A stretch of 64,000 nt of DNA from Guillardia theta CCMP2712 (Eukaryota > Protista > Cryptophyta), in assembly GCF_000315625.1 (NCBI RefSeq), contig NW_005434644.1, positions 254,973-318,972 of the forward strand, read 5' to 3'. Positions 62,668-64,000 of the stretch are shown in pieces; within the stretch, counting starts at the first letter, position 1; the number at the start of each line of letters is the position of its first letter. The notes beneath the pieces were generated by a model. That model worked only from the letters and a program-made list of their open reading frames with translations. It ran no database searches and was not told where the DNA came from. Both the position numbers and the translations under genes were made by a program.

Positions 62668-64000
62668 ATGCCGAGGAAGAGAAAACGAATTACAGATGAT
62701 TCAGACAACGGTCAAGAAATAAGTTATTCAAAACCATTCACGAGAGTCGTCAAATGTGGGTTATACTCGAGACTCAAGGTAGAGAACAGATCGATTTTAG
62801 ACGTGATCGACAGATGGGTATTACATATCAGTCAGATCACATCAAGAGGCAGTATGATATTCAACTGTTTTCTGATATGGGGCAGGGATACAGGGAATTT
62901 ACGATATGTAGTAGATGAAATCAAGAGAGCCAAATCGACCTTTTTCTGGAATGTTTTTACACTTGGAATGGAACAACATAGCCGTACAGATAACAAGTAT
63001 CCAACTCTACAACGTTTCTGGTCAGAGAAAAGACATCTTTTCGTTGATTTATGTAGAATTCGAGGAGACTCGCAAGCTATTGTATTCGCTGCAAATCAAT
63101 ATGGAACGAATTTCTACCAAGACCTGAAAGCAAATTTTACAAACCGATTGGAAAAGTTCATTGCCGAATTCTGCAAAGGAGAGTTACATATTAACCATCA
63201 GCAAGAAATCGAAGACGTGAAGAATGTATTGTTTCAAAGGAAAGATTACGAGTTGAAGACAGAAGTGTTTAACAGGAATAATTCACAGCAGATAGGAACC
63301 TTCATCGACCATATGAAACAACTAATTGGATTATCGGGGGACGAAGATCTTTTTAGTTTCAAATATGACAAATTTGATCATAGGTTGCAGAAAAATCTGT
63401 TTGAGATAATCGAGACACACATGTTCATGTTGAAGTTCTTCGAAGATCGTGGTCTCTCGAAAAAAACATTCAAGGCAGCACCAATGTCGAAATTCGGCAG
63501 AAAACATCTAACAATCGATAATGATGTGATGTATTACATTTTGAAAGAAGCGAACAGTTTGAAACCGGGAGAAGATAAAAAATCGTTCATGAGAATAGAT
63601 CAAACTTTGGAGAACTCTAGGAATTTCAGAAGGATTTTCGACTGTTCGAATCTGTTCAGAGATCAGAGAGAGGAGATTACAAGTATCACGACAGACGGTG
63701 TATCGGTTTGTTTTCGCTTCACGTTGATTATCAAAACAATCGATGGACTCGAACAGGAACCTTCATTGCGCACTACCAAATGGCTTGCCGATAGAAAAAG
63801 GGCTGAACGGAAATCGGCGAAGAAGATATCAATATCATACAAAGTATTACATGAAAATTCAGAATACCAAAGAGAGATCGAAGAATGTAAAAATTGCCCA
63901 AGGGTAATTGCGATCGACCCTGGGAGGAGCGTCATTATATCGGCCGTCGAACAATTCAGAGATGATCAACAAATAATCAGAAAAAGATTTCAGTTTTCGA
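62668..64000 (+). CDS. Fanzor1 (TnpB-derived RNA-guided DNA endonuclease), N-terminal 444 aa
   Basis: Hand translation is open to the window end: MPRKRKR, RVVKCGL...VIDRWVLHISQITSRGSMIFN, GDSQAIVFAANQYGTNF, FKAAPMSKFGRKHLTID, SITTDGVSVCFRF, RVIAIDPGRSVI (RuvC-I Asp417). In-frame TAA at 62635 fixes the start. Confidence 0.9.
   Translation, partial: MPRKRKRITDDSDNGQEISYSKPFTRVVKCGLYSRLKVENRSILDVIDRWVLHISQITSRGSMIFNCFLIWGRDTGNLRYVVDEIKRAKSTFFWNVFTLGMEQHSRTDNKYPTLQRFWSEKRHLFVDLCRIRGDSQAIVFAANQYGTNFYQDLKANFTNRLEKFIAEFCKGELHINHQQEIEDVKNVLFQRKDYELKTEVFNRNNSQQIGTFIDHMKQLIGLSGDEDLFSFKYDKFDHRLQKNLFEIIETHMFMLKFFEDRGLSKKTFKAAPMSKFGRKHLTIDNDVMYYILKEANSLKPGEDKKSFMRIDQTLENSRNFRRIFDCSNLFRDQREEITSITTDGVSVCFRFTLIIKTIDGLEQEPSLRTTKWLADRKRAERKSAKKISISYKVLHENSEYQREIEECKNCPRVIAIDPGRSVIISAVEQFRDDQQIIRKRFQFS

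Larger units (their letters stand above)
62399..64000 (+). mobile_element. Fanzor-encoding transposable element (left boundary uncertain; right end outside window)
   Basis: Abrupt switch to AT-rich intronless DNA after about 62490; TTAA at 62395 and 62492; contains the Fanzor ORF. Confidence 0.6.

Noticed and set aside
62915-63935. Small ORFs 62915-63127 (+) and 63663-63935 (-)
   Set aside because: Alternative-frame by-products inside the Fanzor ORF.
62490-64000. Bacterial contamination or IS605 TnpB
   Set aside because: More than 400 aa precede RuvC-I, longer than in TnpB; it has an NLS-like start and Fanzor1-type motifs, and is contiguous with algal sequence with no gap.

Overview
GC-rich, gene-dense eukaryotic nuclear DNA with many short introns (often GA/CT microsatellite-rich) and three 100-N gaps. 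ASAF-type bipartite plastid presequences, an LHCZ-type antenna gene and EsV-1-7 repeats point to a cryptophyte, most likely Guillardia theta (inference). Two major ORFs are missing from the ORF track because they run off the window edges: an intronless ASCC3/Slh1 helicase (3990 to 1, minus strand) and the main finding, an AT-rich, intronless Fanzor1 (eukaryotic TnpB-derived RNA-guided endonuclease) from 62668 to beyond 64000. The Fanzor ORF has an N-terminal NLS, the TDGVS motif and the RuvC-I IDPG motif, and is preceded by candidate TTAA left-end sites and a perfect hairpin. Directly upstream is a frameshifted EF-hand-LHCZ pseudogene whose ends appear overwritten by the GGGGT/ACCCC-rich sequence found in many intergenic regions. 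Other genes: Crypton-like/GCR1_C protein, signal-peptide TPR-GT41, BTB-Kelch, kinase-DUF547-CaaX, LRR, PDZ, ankyrin-LRR, MFSD13A/TMEM180-like, EsV-1-7 repeat protein, a GPX-like lumenal protein lacking the catalytic Cys, and several coiled-coil hypotheticals. A two-copy, inverted-repeat-bounded MITE-like element lies upstream of genes. Multi-exon boundaries were read by eye and are approximate; no searches were run.
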